A stretch of DNA of 64,000 nucleotides from Pocillopora damicornis (GCF_003704095.1 NW_020844169.1:186001-250000); one strand, 5' to 3'; numbered from the stretch's first letter, positions 1-13,800 are shown. The notes: a model not told the origin generated them from the sequence alone. A program made the numbers and translations.

Positions 1-3000
1 TGGTGACTCACGGTTACGGCTTTCCAGGAATTGTACATCTAAGTAAGATGCCCCCAAACGTTCAGCCAGATACCTCCAGTTTCCGGGCTTGGACTCGATG
101 TCTAGCAGCTTCATTAATTTCATACGGACATCTTGTGGAATCGCTTTTCCTTTATGAGGACGTTGCCGCAGCGAAACTCCGTATTTAAAAGGATACCGAC
201 CATTTCCCTTCGAAAAAGAATGAGATCATTGAGGATCTTAAAGAATGTTGATTCAAGGGAGGAGGGCTTAAGCTAATATCAGCTAACATCAAACTTTGAA
301 ATCCCTTAAAGATTTTCCTGAGAACTATTTTCTTAACAATTTACAGCCCTAAACAGCTGCTTAGACCTAATCACTCATGAAATATGCACAGGGAACGCAA
401 AAGTGGTCATCCTCGATAAATTTAAGGGCGTAGTCTTTTTTAAATCAAACAAAAAAACTTAATAAGAGGGCTTCGTTGAAGGGCAATTCATAAATTTGGG
501 CCCACTAACCTTCATGAAGATGTGGAATCTCTTCATATATTCTTCCCAATAAGCGGAATAATCTTCATTATCGTCGTTTTCGTCTAAAATGAAAGGAAAA
601 ACCGCGTTTCAGATCCTGTCGGGTTTTTTTTACCGGGAGCTGGGAAGAAGCTGAATAGATGTGAATGCTACCAAAAAAATGTTAGTGCCAATCGGAACGC
701 ATAATACTTTAACACCCCCCCCGGGCAACCTACGGATAGTTGACCATCGTCTGTGCCCGGGTGGTGGGGAATTTGAACCTTGCCTCGGTGGGGTGGGGCA
801 TTTGAACCGGGGGTGCGAAGTCTTTCCAGCGAAATATCTATGTCTTAAAAGGTATAGAGTCCGCTTTCGTGACCGAATGGCTTAGAGAGACGATTTTAAT
901 TTCGTAGATGCTTACAAGCAGGAAACCCAACAGCAGCACCAAAAACCAATACTTAACTTAACAACATTCGCTGATCACACAAATTGTTTACTGTAGGACG
1001 GGGCATTTGAACGCAATTTTGGTTGGAATTTGGACGATCCAATCTTAAAAAGTTCAAATACACGAGGGATTGATGTTGAAGCTTCGAATGGATCCACGCA
1101 TAGGTCTCATGTTCATAAACGAGGTAAAACAGCAGCAATCACTTAACGTGTTTGGGATATAAGATACCTGACTTACACTGTCGTATATGAAATATCTCAG
1201 CCTCAATAAGACTCTCGTTAAGATAGGCGATATTTCAAGATAGATAAATTTTGATACCTCGTGTTGAGCATTAATAAGTGGTCCAGCCGTTGAAAGATTT
1301 TGGTTTCAGAAAAGTAGTTAAAACCGACGGGTCTCATGGCGGGAGGGGGAGAGAGAAGACTTCGACTTCGTAGCTCCACATTCTCACTAGATTGCGCCTA
1401 ACAAAACTTAAGGTGTAATATTTGCAGTTCTTCCCATGACAGGATGAAAGACAATGAACATCTCAATCATTTCACGATGGCCTCTCGCCGACGCATGATT
1501 AAAAAAAACAAAACAAAACAAATTAAAACTTTTTCCTACAGAAATATCTTAATAAATGTGAACAGCACCTCACGAGTAACTTAGAGGAACCTTTTTTCTT
1601 TAAAGGGAGTTGCCAAAAGAGCCGCTAAATTTGCGAAGCGCACAAAATGCGAAATTACGATGCCTTGAGTGCAACAAGATGACATGACCCATTCCGCGAA
1701 ATGATAGAATGGAGGAACGGTAGAACGGTGGCATGCCGGATCGGTGGAATGGCGGAAAGTCTTAAAACACAGAATGACGGAATATCCTAAAACATGGAAT
1801 GCCTTGTTGAAACTTAAGTCTGCCAAAAATGGAATTGCAATATCTTTTTCATGATTAACAGAAAAAATTAAAAGCAGCATTTCTACTGTTATCACTATTA
1901 CTATTATCATTATTAATACGATTAATTTTTACTATTTCATTCTTGGTTACACGTCAATTAGTCACTAAACTCTTGAATCACAGGTTTTCTGTTTTGAATG
2001 TGAATACAAATCTTCAGCAACACTACCTTCTAACGTTATTTTACAACCTTTGGTTTTTTCAGTGCTATAAAAATTGTGCCATATCAGTAGTCACATGCAG
2101 TCTCAGACCACCTATTTTCAGGTTTTAATAGGAATAATGAATGAGTTGCAAGTAATCGGATCCTTGCGTTTGCGCAAAGCTTTCTGGGATCGCCACCGAG
2201 CAAACACTGCAACTGTTAAATCAGAAATGGGTGCGGGTATTATCGATACAAGGGTTGCACGAAATTTTGTTCAAACAACCGTAAAATATGTAGTAAAATT
2301 TAGCGGTTACCTTTTCTCCATGCGCAAGAATTATGAAATTCACAAATATCAATTATAATTTGCCAAGAAATAACTCAATGAGGCATTTTCTGTTTTATTT
2401 ACAGGTGTTACCACTGCTATCTTTTCTCTTAGCTTGGTAAAACAAGAAAAAAAAAAAGAATGCTACAACAGCTACCTCGAGGAAGCAGGAAATTAAAATG
2501 ATATAATCGTGATACATTAAGTGATTAAACACCTACATTGCCTCTTTGTTGTGATCAATGAGAACGAAAGCGCTGATTGTCGGTTCAAAACTGAACCTTT
2601 TCTTATGCGATGATTAAAAGGTACAAATGGGTCGCTAAAGGAGCGATGCAGAACTGATTGCATGTCCACATTTTCTTCCGGAGTTCCCATGATCTTACTT
2701 TTCCTAACAAGATTCTCTGAAGAGCTCGAGAAGAAAAGTGGCAGCTCAAAAACATTAGGATTTTTCTCGACTAGCCATCACTTCACCAAGGGATTTCCTT
2801 TTGTTTTTCATCGCTTTTTAACTTAAGACCAACAGCTCGGTTAAACAATTTTCATCCCCGCTGACGACGACTTCTCTCCTTTGAGGAAGTATATTTCAAT
2901 TTCCGAGATAGTAATTTGTTTATGCAAGAATACAACTAAAAAGACTTAAGTGAGTTAGTTCCTTGTGATTTATGGCTACTTTTGTAATATGTCAAGACCA

Positions 3001-6000
3001 TTACGCGATGACGATTCCACAATGGACCTCACGCTGGGAGAGAAATCGGTATATTTTATAAGATATTTCGTGCTAATGCTAACGAGAACTTTCTCTTCCC
3101 TCGTATCAACATTATCTTAATCTATTTATGATAACACTGCGGCGAAAAAAGCGTTGACCTCTCTACAATAAGGTTTTTTTTGGACATCGAAACAATCCTT
3201 CGCCATATATTTTCTTCTAACGTGTAATGTTTGCCCCGTGGCGATCCCAGAAATCTTTGCGCAAACACAAGGATCTGATTACTGGCAACTTATTCATTGG
3301 TTATAATAAAAGTTTAGATCTAATCTTTTTATCTGCACTAGAAGTCAATCCACAACAGGAAAAGTAGTTACGCAGTGCTTTCGTTTATACTAAAATCAAA
3401 TATGCGTAGTTTCTAGTTTAGCCAAATTGCTAATTATGGCAAAAAGCCAATATTTTTTTGGTTAAAATGAACGATTTACCAGTTAGAGACCAGGGCCGGG
3501 TTGTTCAAAGCTAGGTTAAGATAACCCTGGGTTAGTGTGAAATCTGATTTCAGATCTGATGGCTTTAAGAGAAAATTCAGTCGGATTCTTTTTGTCACGA
3601 ATATGATTATTTGATGCTCTATAAAGAACACCAGAAACTATCCTAAAAAGGCATTTGAATAAAGGAATAAAGAAATTCAGATTAAAATTTAACCTTTGGT
3701 TAGCGCTAATCAACCTTCGAACAACTGGGCCCAGGAAAGCAGTGCTAGTGAGATATTTGAGAACATTCGGTCAACATTACTATGGAAGTGTCAGTTTAAC
3801 TCTTTACATACCAACATCCATACTCTACATATTATGATAATGTGGTCTGCTTACAGTATTACTGCGAGGAGAAATTAAATGCTGATCACTTGTAAGGTTT
3901 ATAGGGTTAACCTTACATGGCTTTTCGTCCCATTCTTCTAAATGAGCATGGTACCCTGGAATTTCAGTGCTTGAAGTTACTGGCGTTTTACTACCCCGTA
4001 CTTAGATTTTGTAAGATGTTCTATAGTGTTGAGTCAAGCTTTTTTGAATTTCTGTTATACCTCTAGAAAATAATAGGACAGAGAGGGAGGCTTCTAATCC
4101 AGGCCTTGGGATAACCAAGATATCTAATATAACATAACCTGCTTTCAGTTTTGTGCTTTCTGCCTCGAAAACCGAGCCAGTTATGAATAATAGAGAAGAC
4201 TTACCTCGCTAGAAGGGTTGTTCCTTTGTATCGTGTGGGTTTCTTAAGTTAATATAGGGAAGTTTAGCTCAGTTTTGCTCATGTAGTCTACTTTGCCCTC
4301 TATATAATATAAAAAGACCCATTTGGCATAATAACCGAGAATTTTTCCCTTCAAACGTAGTTCATGCCTCACTCGACTCACTGACTTTTTCACAAGGTAA
4401 GTTCAAATAAGATCTTCTCCATTTATGCCAGACTATTGGAAATAGTTCCTTGAGAGTCGTCCCTTGAATGGCACCATACTCCCTGGTGGTTACTCTTGAA
4501 TTTAAGGTTGGGCACTAAGCAATATCTGCTCCACAGAGGATCTCCATGCATGGTAATCAATAATGTAGAAATATGCCCCATCACATACTCTCTTGGCGAT
4601 TAACCCTTTACACCCTAATGTCATTATACATATTCTCCATACTGTTCTTTATACATATCCTAAGGTGCTGACAAGGAGAATTTGTTTACGGACCAAAAGC
4701 TTTTTTGTTGGTGATCATTTCCTTCATTCTTATGACCTTAGGGAGAAATTAGATGCTGGTCAGGGTTTAAAGGATTAATTCAGGCTACTAGATCGATATG
4801 GCATACTTGGCAATAATTCCGCTACCATAGCCTGCAATGAATATTGACAGAAGCTTATAAGGTTCTGACATGATTGCTATGATGGTAACGGAATTAGTAG
4901 CCTGCAGTGCAAGCGTCTTATTGGTGCGAGCAAACGCTATTAGCTCGCGATCGTTTATCCGATCAGCCATGTTTAATTTGGAGTTAGAGTGGACGGTAGG
5001 AGTAGGGGTCGGCTGCTTGGTACAAATCTCTTTCTGCCCTGCCTTCCGCTACCATTTTTGTTGAGAAGATACTGCGCACTCGCTCGCCAAATTACGCCTG
5101 CTCTGCAGGCTACGCAATTAGTAGCATTGCTGTAAGTATTGTATCGTAAATTGTATTGTCCACTTTGTAAAAATTGTTCCTTGAGACTGGAATTGGGAAA
5201 AAGAAAAAAACACTTGAGTTCCGCAAAAAGTGCAATATTTAAAGTAACGAAACGTTACGTTGTAGTTTTATAGCTGGTAACGCAACGCTATCAGTAGTAG
5301 TGTAACACACGTATGNNNNNNNNNNNNNNNNNNNNNNNNNNNNNNNNNNNNNNNNNNNNNNNNNNNNNNNNNNNNNNNNNNNNNNNNNNNNNNNNNNNNN
5401 NNNNNNNNNNNNNNNGTGACTTCATCTTTTTTGTTTTGTTTTATCTGTTATATTTACAATAACATCATACAACCTATTAAGCTCCTACTAGGTATAATGT
5501 TCTGTAATGTACTATTACATTATACTTTTACACTTGTCACTGGAAACCTCAGTCAGCCCAAGGACACAATCGCTAGCAATTTCATGAACAGTTAAGCATG
5601 TTCATTATGTAATATTTAGTCAATAAGTTTTTTGTTTGCACAAGGCATCTTTGATGTCAACTTGATTGATTGTTCTATATCAAATCATTTTTATATATGT
5701 ATTTGGGTATGAGCAATTTCGTAGTCTTAACTTTTTGAGGTGAGGAGGAGCCATAAGAAAAAGAAACCAGAATAATGCTCTACATACCATACACAGTGGA
5801 TAATTTTCCACCAAGCCACCCACCAAATGGAGATTATGCCTCACATTTGAGGACAAAGTCTTTTAAAAATGTGTCTTTGTGAAACTTCAGCATGCCTCAT
5901 CATGTTGCCCCCCCCCCCCCTCACCTTGCAGGAAGTAGGTTTGGTGGTTGCCAGTGACAAGTGCATTGCAAAATACTAAAACTGATAGAAGTTTACTCAC

Positions 6001-7669
6001 TATCCTTAACCCTTTAACTCCAAAGATCTCATTAGTAATTCTCTTTACTGTCTTCCAAATAATTCTCATTATGTTAGTTTGGAGAATTTGATATCAGATC
6101 AATTAGTAATCCCACAATTGACATTTTTCTTTATTCTCATCACTTGTGTGCATGATGTTGTATGGATGAAATAGGGAGAAATTCTAGCCTGGTCACTCAC
6201 TGGCCACTCACTGGCCTGGTCACTCATGGGAGTTAAAGGGTTAAACATAAAGGGAAAATATTTAAATTAATGATAGGTCCACTAGATAATAACGATAATA
6301 ACAAGGCATAATGTGCAACTACAATGTGTACAAATGATGCATAAGGCCCAATTACACAGGCATGATACATAAAATGTTCAATTACATTGTCCAGGAACAA
6401 GTATGATGTATATTTTGTCCTATTAATGCTGGGGAGATTAAAATCAAAATAAAAGAAATTAAAGATGGAAATTCTAAATACCAAAGGAACCAAACTGAAT
6501 GGGATTTAATGTAAAAAGTGAATATAATTATTTTTATGTTCAATTTATGCATGTTTGAGCTCTGAATCATGATACAAAGATATTGCAATGATAATGTATA
6601 TCGAAAACTATGTAAAGGAATTCTCTCCTAAATTTGACTGTCTGGTTATTTTTCAGGGCTTACTGTAGTTGCGAACCGAAACCAAAATTAACTTTTGCAA
6701 ATTATCTGTGCTGGCAAAGATGCCAGTTTCATTCAGGATAAGGTTATAGCAACGAAATAGTTCACGAACGGTTGGCTTTGAGCGGCTGTAAAAAATACCA
6801 GTTTTATTCATGATTATCTTAATTAACGAAATAGCCCATGAACGAACGGCTTTAAGGGATTGTAAAATAGCCAGTTTCATCCATGATCATTTTAAGTAAC
6901 GAAATAGCTAACGCAGGAATGGCTTCGAGCGACTGAAAAAAATACCAGTTTCATTCATGATTATTTTAAGTAACGGCATGGCCCACGAACGAATGGCTTC
7001 GAGTGATTGTAAAAATGCCAGTTGGTCGGGTACTTTTGCGATGTCTTTTATTTCTCTAGTGACCAAGACAAAATTTGTCAACGAAAAATGTGCTGGATAC
7101 AAGTAACGGTCTTCCTTTTGCGCGCCAAAATCTTAATTTTCGTTTCACAAGATAGACACTGAAATGAGAAACTCTAACAAACGGTTCGATCTTTCTCAAA
7201 ATGGTTACAAAAAGGGCTCTCTTTTAGAAAAATATCAAATTTTTTTCGTTTGTTTTTGTCCTTTTATTTACCCTAGTGTTTCACAACGGAATAGTCAGTG
7301 GCACCAAAGACGCCGAGCCATGTTTTGTTTGATTAAGAAATTAAAACGATGTTCCTACTACTTACGAGTTTTCGACATCTTTATCGTAGTTCATGAAGAT
7401 TCACTTAAGTTTGGTGACACTTAAAACTTGTAGAAAACGACATTTACGACACATGTAGAAAACTCAGTAAAATTCAACTTATAATTTACGACTAATAGCT
7501 AAATTTGTTCACTTTCGATCGAAGTTCACAGGCTAAAAAATACCAGTAAAATTAAAAACAACTTACCTAGATTTCGAAGATCTTTATAAGGCCTCTTTGA
7601 TATACAAAGGAGGCTGGAAAACCAACGAGAGAACGTAGAGAAGGAAATTTTAAGCAAGGAAGTCATCAT
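1..7669 (-). CDS. Death-domain-only protein, copy A (3' end runs off the window)
   Basis: Exons 7669-7567 (MMTSLLKISFSTFSRWFSSLLCISKRPYKDLRNL, donor gtaagt, phase 1), 583-510 (DENDDNEDYSAYWEEYMKRFHIFMK) and 207-<1 (GNGRYPFKYGVSLRQRPHKGKAIPQDVRMKLMKLLDIESKPGNWRYLAERLG...). Exon lengths (103, 74 nt) and splice sites match copy B. Extra exons in the intron-1 gap cannot be excluded. Confidence 0.7.
3494..3731. mobile_element. PIF/Harbinger-like MITE
   Basis: TIRs GGCCGGGTTGTTCAAAG...CTTCGAACAACTGGGCC with CAG on both flanks. A shorter relative lies at 36487-36600, also flanked by CAG. Confidence 0.65.
4604..4774. mobile_element. piggyBac-like MITE (family 1)
   Basis: TTAA-CCCTTT...AAAGGA-TTAA; the paralogous site at ~10479-10482 has a single TTAA. 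Relatives at ~12762-12968, 41680-41870, 47533-47745, 54430-54733 and 59338-59530. Confidence 0.75.
4898..5112. mobile_element. AcademH-like non-autonomous DNA transposon
   Basis: TIRs TAGCCTGCAGTGCAAGCGT / ACGCCTGCTCTGCAGGCTA with a 9-bp TSD (cggaattag/cgcaattag). Empty paralogous site at ~10593-10601. Confidence 0.75.
6010..6240. mobile_element. piggyBac-like MITE (family 2)
   Basis: TTAA-CCCTTTAACTCC...GGAGTTAAAGGG-TTAA; empty paralogous site at ~13472-13475. Other TTAA-CCC-type copies at ~38614-38794, 41945-42156, 43728-43890, 45722-45930, 49040-49215 and 57447-57647. Confidence 0.8.
6720..7025. repeat. Minisatellite, ~74-bp unit, ~4 copies
   Basis: CCAGTT(TCATT) recurs at ~6723, 6798, 6871, 6945 and 7018 with a shared AACGAAATAGC...GGCTTCGAG core. 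Confidence 0.8.
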
Positions 7670-7870
7670 CAAAGATCTTCTCAAAGAAGCTTGGCAAAAC
7701 TGAAATACCCGCGCGACTCAAAAGGGAGCCAATCAGAACAAGTTGAGTAGGTCATATGATGATTACGTATTAGGATGCGGTAAAAGCCGTATCAGATGAA
7801 CAAACAGTCTTGCTGGTCAGCAGTTCAACTTAACACTGTAAGGAACGTTGAATAAGCTAAATGTCTAGAC

Positions 7871-8054
7871 ATGACTCGCAAAGTTTCGCTTGTTGCCTTT
7901 TGTTATAGTTATAATCTCTACTGCTCTGTTATCCGAATACTTGCACAAACAAGGTAAAACGGTGATTTTGATTTTTTTATATTTATTTGTCGTCTCTTTT
8001 TTGTGTATATGCTTTTTGTACAGACTGGAGCCAGAAAAGATGCTATTGAATCAG
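7871..8054 (+). pseudogene. Truncated duplicate (exons 1-2 only visible) of the Pga1-like membrane protein gene
   Basis: 7871-7953 and 8024-8054 encode MTRKVSLVAFCYSYNLYCSVIRILAQTR|LEPEKMLLNQ, paralogous to 18196-18378. They are followed by an assembly gap and then the 3' end of DD copy B, so the rest could be hidden in the gap. Confidence 0.6.
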
Positions 8055-8542
8055 GTAAGTTTTAGGGAGTATTACAATATAATGATAACAACAACAATAA
8101 TGATGATGACGATAATGATAATAACAACAGAGAGGATAATAATAATAGAAATTCCATCTTTATTGTCATCTTTTGAGTAAAACACATAATCTAATATCAT
8201 TGTAATCTAAAATTATTATTATAACCTAAACTTACACAGAGACATTTGTAATANNNNNNNNNNNNNNNNNNNNNNNNNNNNNNNNNNNNNNNNNNNNNNN
8301 NNNNNNNNNNNNNNNNNNNNNNNNNNNNNNNNNNNNNNNNNNNNNNNNNNNNNTAATACTGTCCTATGTCTTTACATCCACTGCGGATCCAAGCTCGATT
8401 TCTCTGTGGAGCGAGGTTGGCATGGTCTCATTTCCTTAGTAGTGGCCTACTCGGAACCAATTCCTCGCGTAATTTAACACAGTAACAACGTCAGCGCGGT
8501 CATGGTCAATGCGGAACCCACTGTCCTGGTCTTTTACATCTA

Positions 8543-10826
8543 TTAAGGATCCAATCGATTTCGTTGAGGAAGAGTAGGGAGGAGTGTGGGCTTATTCCCT
8601 GACCAGTGGCCTATTTGGCATCTATTAATCTCGTCATTTAACACAGAAACAACATCGTGGCGGTCAAAGTCAATAAAGATGTCTCTCAAAAAAGTTAAAG
8701 ACTTGTTCATTGTTTCGAATACGTTGAGGACGTGTTGCGTTGGTGACTCGTGGTTGCGGCTTTCCAGGAATTGTACATCTGAGTAAGATGCTCCTAAACG
8801 TTCAGCCAGACACCTCCAGTTTCCGGGCTTCGACTCGATGTCTAACAGCTTCATTAATGTCGTACGGACAGCTTCTGGAATCTTTTTTCCTTTAAGAGTG
8901 CGTTGCCGTGGCCAAATTCCGTATTGAAAAGGATGCCAACCATTTTCCTTTGAAAAACGAATGAGATCATTGAGAATCTTAAAGAATGTTGATTCAAAGG
9001 GGGAAGGCTTATGCTAATATCATAATTTGCAACCCCCTGAGGATTATCGCGGTAAATCTTTTTTTAACGATTTACAGCCCTAAAAAGCTGGTTAGACCTG
9101 ATCACTCATGAAATACGCACAAGGAACACACTATTGGAGAGGCAAAAGTGGCCATCCTCGATAAATTCAAGTGCGTAGTCTTTTTTAATCAAACGAAAAA
9201 CTTAATAAAAGGGCTTCGTCAACAGGAAATCATGGATTAGTGCCCACTAACCTTCATTAAGATGTGGAATTTCTTCATATATTCATCCCAATGAGCGAAG
9301 TTATCTTCACTATCTTCGCTTTCGTCTACAATGAAGGGAAAAACCGCGTTTTAACTTCCGTGGGTTTTTTCGGGGAGCAAAAACGCGAAAGCCTAAACTT
9401 GTGGTGTAAAACGAGCATCACGGGGGCGAAAAGAATCTGAATAGATGTGAACCCATCTAAAAAAAATCCAGTACTAATTAGAACTCATAATGCTTTAACA
9501 TACTCTCGGGGAAGAGACAAAACAGCAACAATCACTTAACGTATTTGAGATATAAGATACTCGTCTTACACTATCCTATATGAAATATCTCAGGGGCGGA
9601 TCCGGAAATATTTGTTGAGGAGAGTCCAGACTTTTATTTAGAAAAAAATATTTTCTTTTACTTAAGCCTTAATAAGACACTCGATGAACTAAGCGATATT
9701 TCAAGATAGATAAATTTTGATACTTCGTGTTGAGCATTACTAAGTGGTTCTGACGTTGAAAGATTTTTTCGGTTCCGGAGAAGTAGTTAAAACCGACAGG
9801 TCTCGCGGCTGGGGGCGGGGGCAGATCCCTACCCCTCCTCCCCTTCCGCCTCTTGGATCCGCCACTATAAGCGGAGTTTGGGGCATGAACGAAGGAATTA
9901 AAAGTCTTAGTCCACGGACCAGGTTGGAAGAAAGCTCACACTCTCATAATTTTTGTGGCTACTGCCTCCTATAGGGAGCGAGGCCACATATGTCGTCGAA
10001 ATGTAGGAGTGAGTGATTGAGTGAGTGTAACGATGGAATGCCGAACTTCATCCGATTTTGACCCGATGTCACTTATCGTTTGTTTTGGTGTATTTTCGTA
10101 GTTCGACATTCACACCAGAGATTATAATCGCAACATATACTCAAGAAAGAGGGATGTCTTTCGAAACAAATTATTTTGTGCCTAAAAACCCAGGGAGTAA
10201 TTTTTCAGTTCTTCTCGTGACATTATGGAACAGGATAAACATGCCATTTCACGATCGCCTCTCGCCGACACGTGATTAAAAAACAAAACAAAACTTTTCC
10301 CTGCAGAAATATCTTGATAGATGTGATCGGCACATCATGAAAAACTTAGAGGAAACGTTTTTCTTTGAAGAGAGAGCATTTCATCGTTTGAATCAGTAAC
10401 TTATTATCTGATCTACTGAGAGTCTCCCTGCGTCGCAATCAATGTAGAAATGTACCCCATCAAACACTATCTACGTGATTAATTCAGGTTACTAAATCGA
10501 TAAGGCGTACTTCGTAACAATTCTGCTACTGTGGCCTGCAATAAGTATTATCAGAAACTTAAAAGCTTCTGGTATGGCTGTAAGTAAGGTAACGCAATTA
10601 GTTGCATTGCTGTAAGTATTGTACCGTAAATTGTATTGTCCACTTAACGAAAAATTGTTTCTGATACTGGAATAAGAAAATTGAGAAAAAAAAACACTAG
10701 AGTACCGCAAAAAGTATAATATTTGAAGTAACGAAACGTAACTTTAGTTTTATTGCTAGTAACGCAACGTAATCAGTAGTAGTGTAACTCACATATAATA
10801 AATATATCTTATTAGACGTTTTGGTG

Positions 10827-10858
<32 letters not shown>

Positions 10859-13800
10859 TCGTATTTTGACGAGCCCGTAGGGCGAGTCAAAACACGAACC
10901 CTAACACTTACCCTGCACTTATTGAAAAAAGTTATACATTGGTGAAACTGGAAGACAACTAGGTGACCGATTCTGAGATCACCTTCGCGGCGTTCTTGAA
11001 AGAAATGACAAGGACACATCCAAACCAGTAGCTAGACACTTGAATCTCCCTTATCAGTTTGCGGCCTTTCCCTACCTCTAGGCAGTTCAGAGAGCCGCAA
11101 AACCCCTAGGGCAAAAATGTTTCTTTCAAATCGGCACTCTCATTCCCCTCGGTATCAACGAGCGTTTTTCATTCAACTAATTTTTTTCGTCACCATATTT
11201 CCACGTGACAGAAATTTGTTCCACCTTAACAAAAGATATATGACTGTACGATCTACGGTGAAAAAAATTATGAATTTGGAATAATTGAATAACAATTATT
11301 CAATGACAAATATGCATTCAACTCACTATCTCTTTTCTGATTAACCGAAAGCGTGCAGTGAACTTTTGAAATCGGCGTCTGAGACGTCATGTAACTACAG
11401 ACTATACAATAATCACGTCAAGGGCACTCAAGGACACTGGTAATCACGTCATGTATATGAGTGCAGTGCACGATTTCTAATGGTAATCATGTCAAATTCA
11501 CGTGCTTTGTTTTGTTTGCTAATTTGTATATTTTAACAAGCTTAATAATACATTATCAGTTCCGCTTACTATGGTGACCATTCAACGATGACTGAGGAGC
11601 TGGAAACTCTCCACCAGACACGTAAAGCATAAAACAATGAATCATAAAACAATTTTCGTGTATCATAAAACAATTAGATTCGGTTTTGGTGATATCCGGA
11701 AAAATCAACGTCTCATTAAGGGTTATCAGCCGAAGCCTACTTCGACCTTGATTATTCTGAATATCACAAAGACCTCATCCAATAATTTATTAATATTATT
11801 GTTCTCCAATTCCCTTCCCGGACTTTAATATCAAGTTTTTTTTTCAGTAGGATCAGTAATTTCTGCTTGATCAAGATGTTTGATTGTACATTAAAACCCC
11901 ACTAACACGAACCATCTTCTAACTCAAACACGGTCCACTTAACCTTGAATTTTACCCCTATTTTTCAGTCATAAACAGTCAACTCAAACTTGGTAATTGT
12001 AACTCCCTGTTAAATAGTACTACTACCCGGATAACTTGAACTTTATAATGGTAATTGAACCGAGTCGAGAGCAATTTGACTGAAATCATATGCGATTTCA
12101 AAACTAAACATGCGCGCAGCTCGAGTTTGAATTCACAAGTATGATTTCAGACCAAAATTGGATTAAAAGAAGTTCAATTACCACTTTAAAATTGCAAAAT
12201 TCAGCCACTCAATACAAGTTTTTAAGTCTGTACAGATATTTTATTGATTCAGTATATTGAGCTGGTTTGACGTCTCGACCTTATGTCGCATCTATTGTGA
12301 AATCACTGGTGATCCTGCAATCTGATTGGCTTTCACCAGTGCGGTTTAATCACAAATCACACCACTTTTTTCTCAACCTATGAGAAAACTTTACAACCAA
12401 TCCTTATTCAAACTTCAAGACTTGTTTAAAATAACCAATCAGTTAGAGGAAAAGGAAAGGCGGCATTTACAACTTTTTACATACTAGCTCAGTACTGGAT
12501 CAATGAAATATCTGAAGACTGAAAAAATCCTGTATTTGGGAAGCTGAATTTTGCAATTTCGAAATGGATGTAATAAAGTGGCAATTGAACCATTGACTGA
12601 TCCGTTCCCCTTCCCTTTTCTTAATTTTTGTCTATTTCTCCTCATTTTATTTTCTCCTTTTCCTTCACTCACTACAATTTTCAATGTCCACCGATTTATG
12701 AAGAGTTATGCTGTATACAGGGTGATGTTCAGAAGCTCGGAGTTGCAAATGTGGTTGTTCATTAACCCTTTACACCCTAGTATGCACCTTCTCCATACAG
12801 TTACCTAGACATTTCCTAAAGTGCTGAAAAGGAGAATTTGTTTTAACAATCAGGGGCTTCTTTAGTTGGTGATCATTTCCGTTATTCTCATGATCACAAA
12901 TGAATGATTCAGCGGTACAATTGTCAGGAGAAACTAGATGCTGGTCACTCTTTGGGTTGAAAGGGTTGACTCACACACTCAAGAGATAAAGCCTATTGTA
13001 ACTTACTCATGCGAGACCAGTGATTAACTACAAGGCACTTTACAGGGTTGAGTATCCATGATCTGACTCCTACTACAATACCAAGACAACCATGTCCAGC
13101 TGTTAATTCATACATCTCCATTTTGTTCCTTTTTCTCCATTTTTCCCCTTCATTTCATTTCCTTTTTTCCCCTTTCGTTTCTTTGAATCCCTCTTTATCT
13201 TATGTTCTCTCATTTTCTCTCACCTCTTTTTAATCTATGTTATTTTCACTTTTTTTCTTTTTTCTCTATTTTTATCTAATTTTCTCTTTTTTATTTCTCT
13301 TTGTTTTTNNNNNNNNNNNNNNNNNNNNNNNNNNNNNNNNNNNNNNNNNNNNNNNNNNNNNNNNNNNNNNNNNNNNNNNNNNNNNNNNNNNNNNNNNNNN
13401 NNNNNNNNAGTGGTTACCAGTGACAAGTGCATTGCAAAATATTAAAACTGATAAAAGTTTACTCACTATCCTTAAACATAAAGGGAAAATATTCAGATAA
13501 ATGATAGGTTCATCAGGTAATAACAACAGTCGAGAAATTAAAACAATGTTCTTACTAATTATGAGGTTTCAACTACTGTATCTTAGTTCATTAAGATTCA
13601 CTCAAGTTAGGTGACATGTAAAACACGTAGAAATAGGACACTATAACTCAGTAAAAATCTACTAAAAATAATTTACAACTAATAGCTAAACTCATTCAAT
13701 TTCCATTGAAGTTCACAGGCTAAAAAATACCAGTAAAACTAAAAATAACTTAAGGAGGCTCTATAGGGTTTTTGTTCAATGTTAGTGTGTGCACCAGTGA

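Noticed and set aside
661-3900. Numerous 60-110 aa ORFs in the ORF track
   Set aside because: They overlap MITEs or low-complexity intronic DNA, are not conserved in the paralogous copy, and have no protein motifs.
4788-4970. Minus-strand hydrophobic ORFs 4788-4970 and 10492-10710 as an alternative DD terminal exon
   Set aside because: The candidate acceptors are phase 2 and do not match the phase-1 donor. The substitution pattern favours the opposite strand, and the start of the 4970 ORF lies inside a transposon.
6720-7025. CRISPR-like periodicity
   Set aside because: Eukaryotic context, whole units are similar with no unique spacers, and there are no cas genes.
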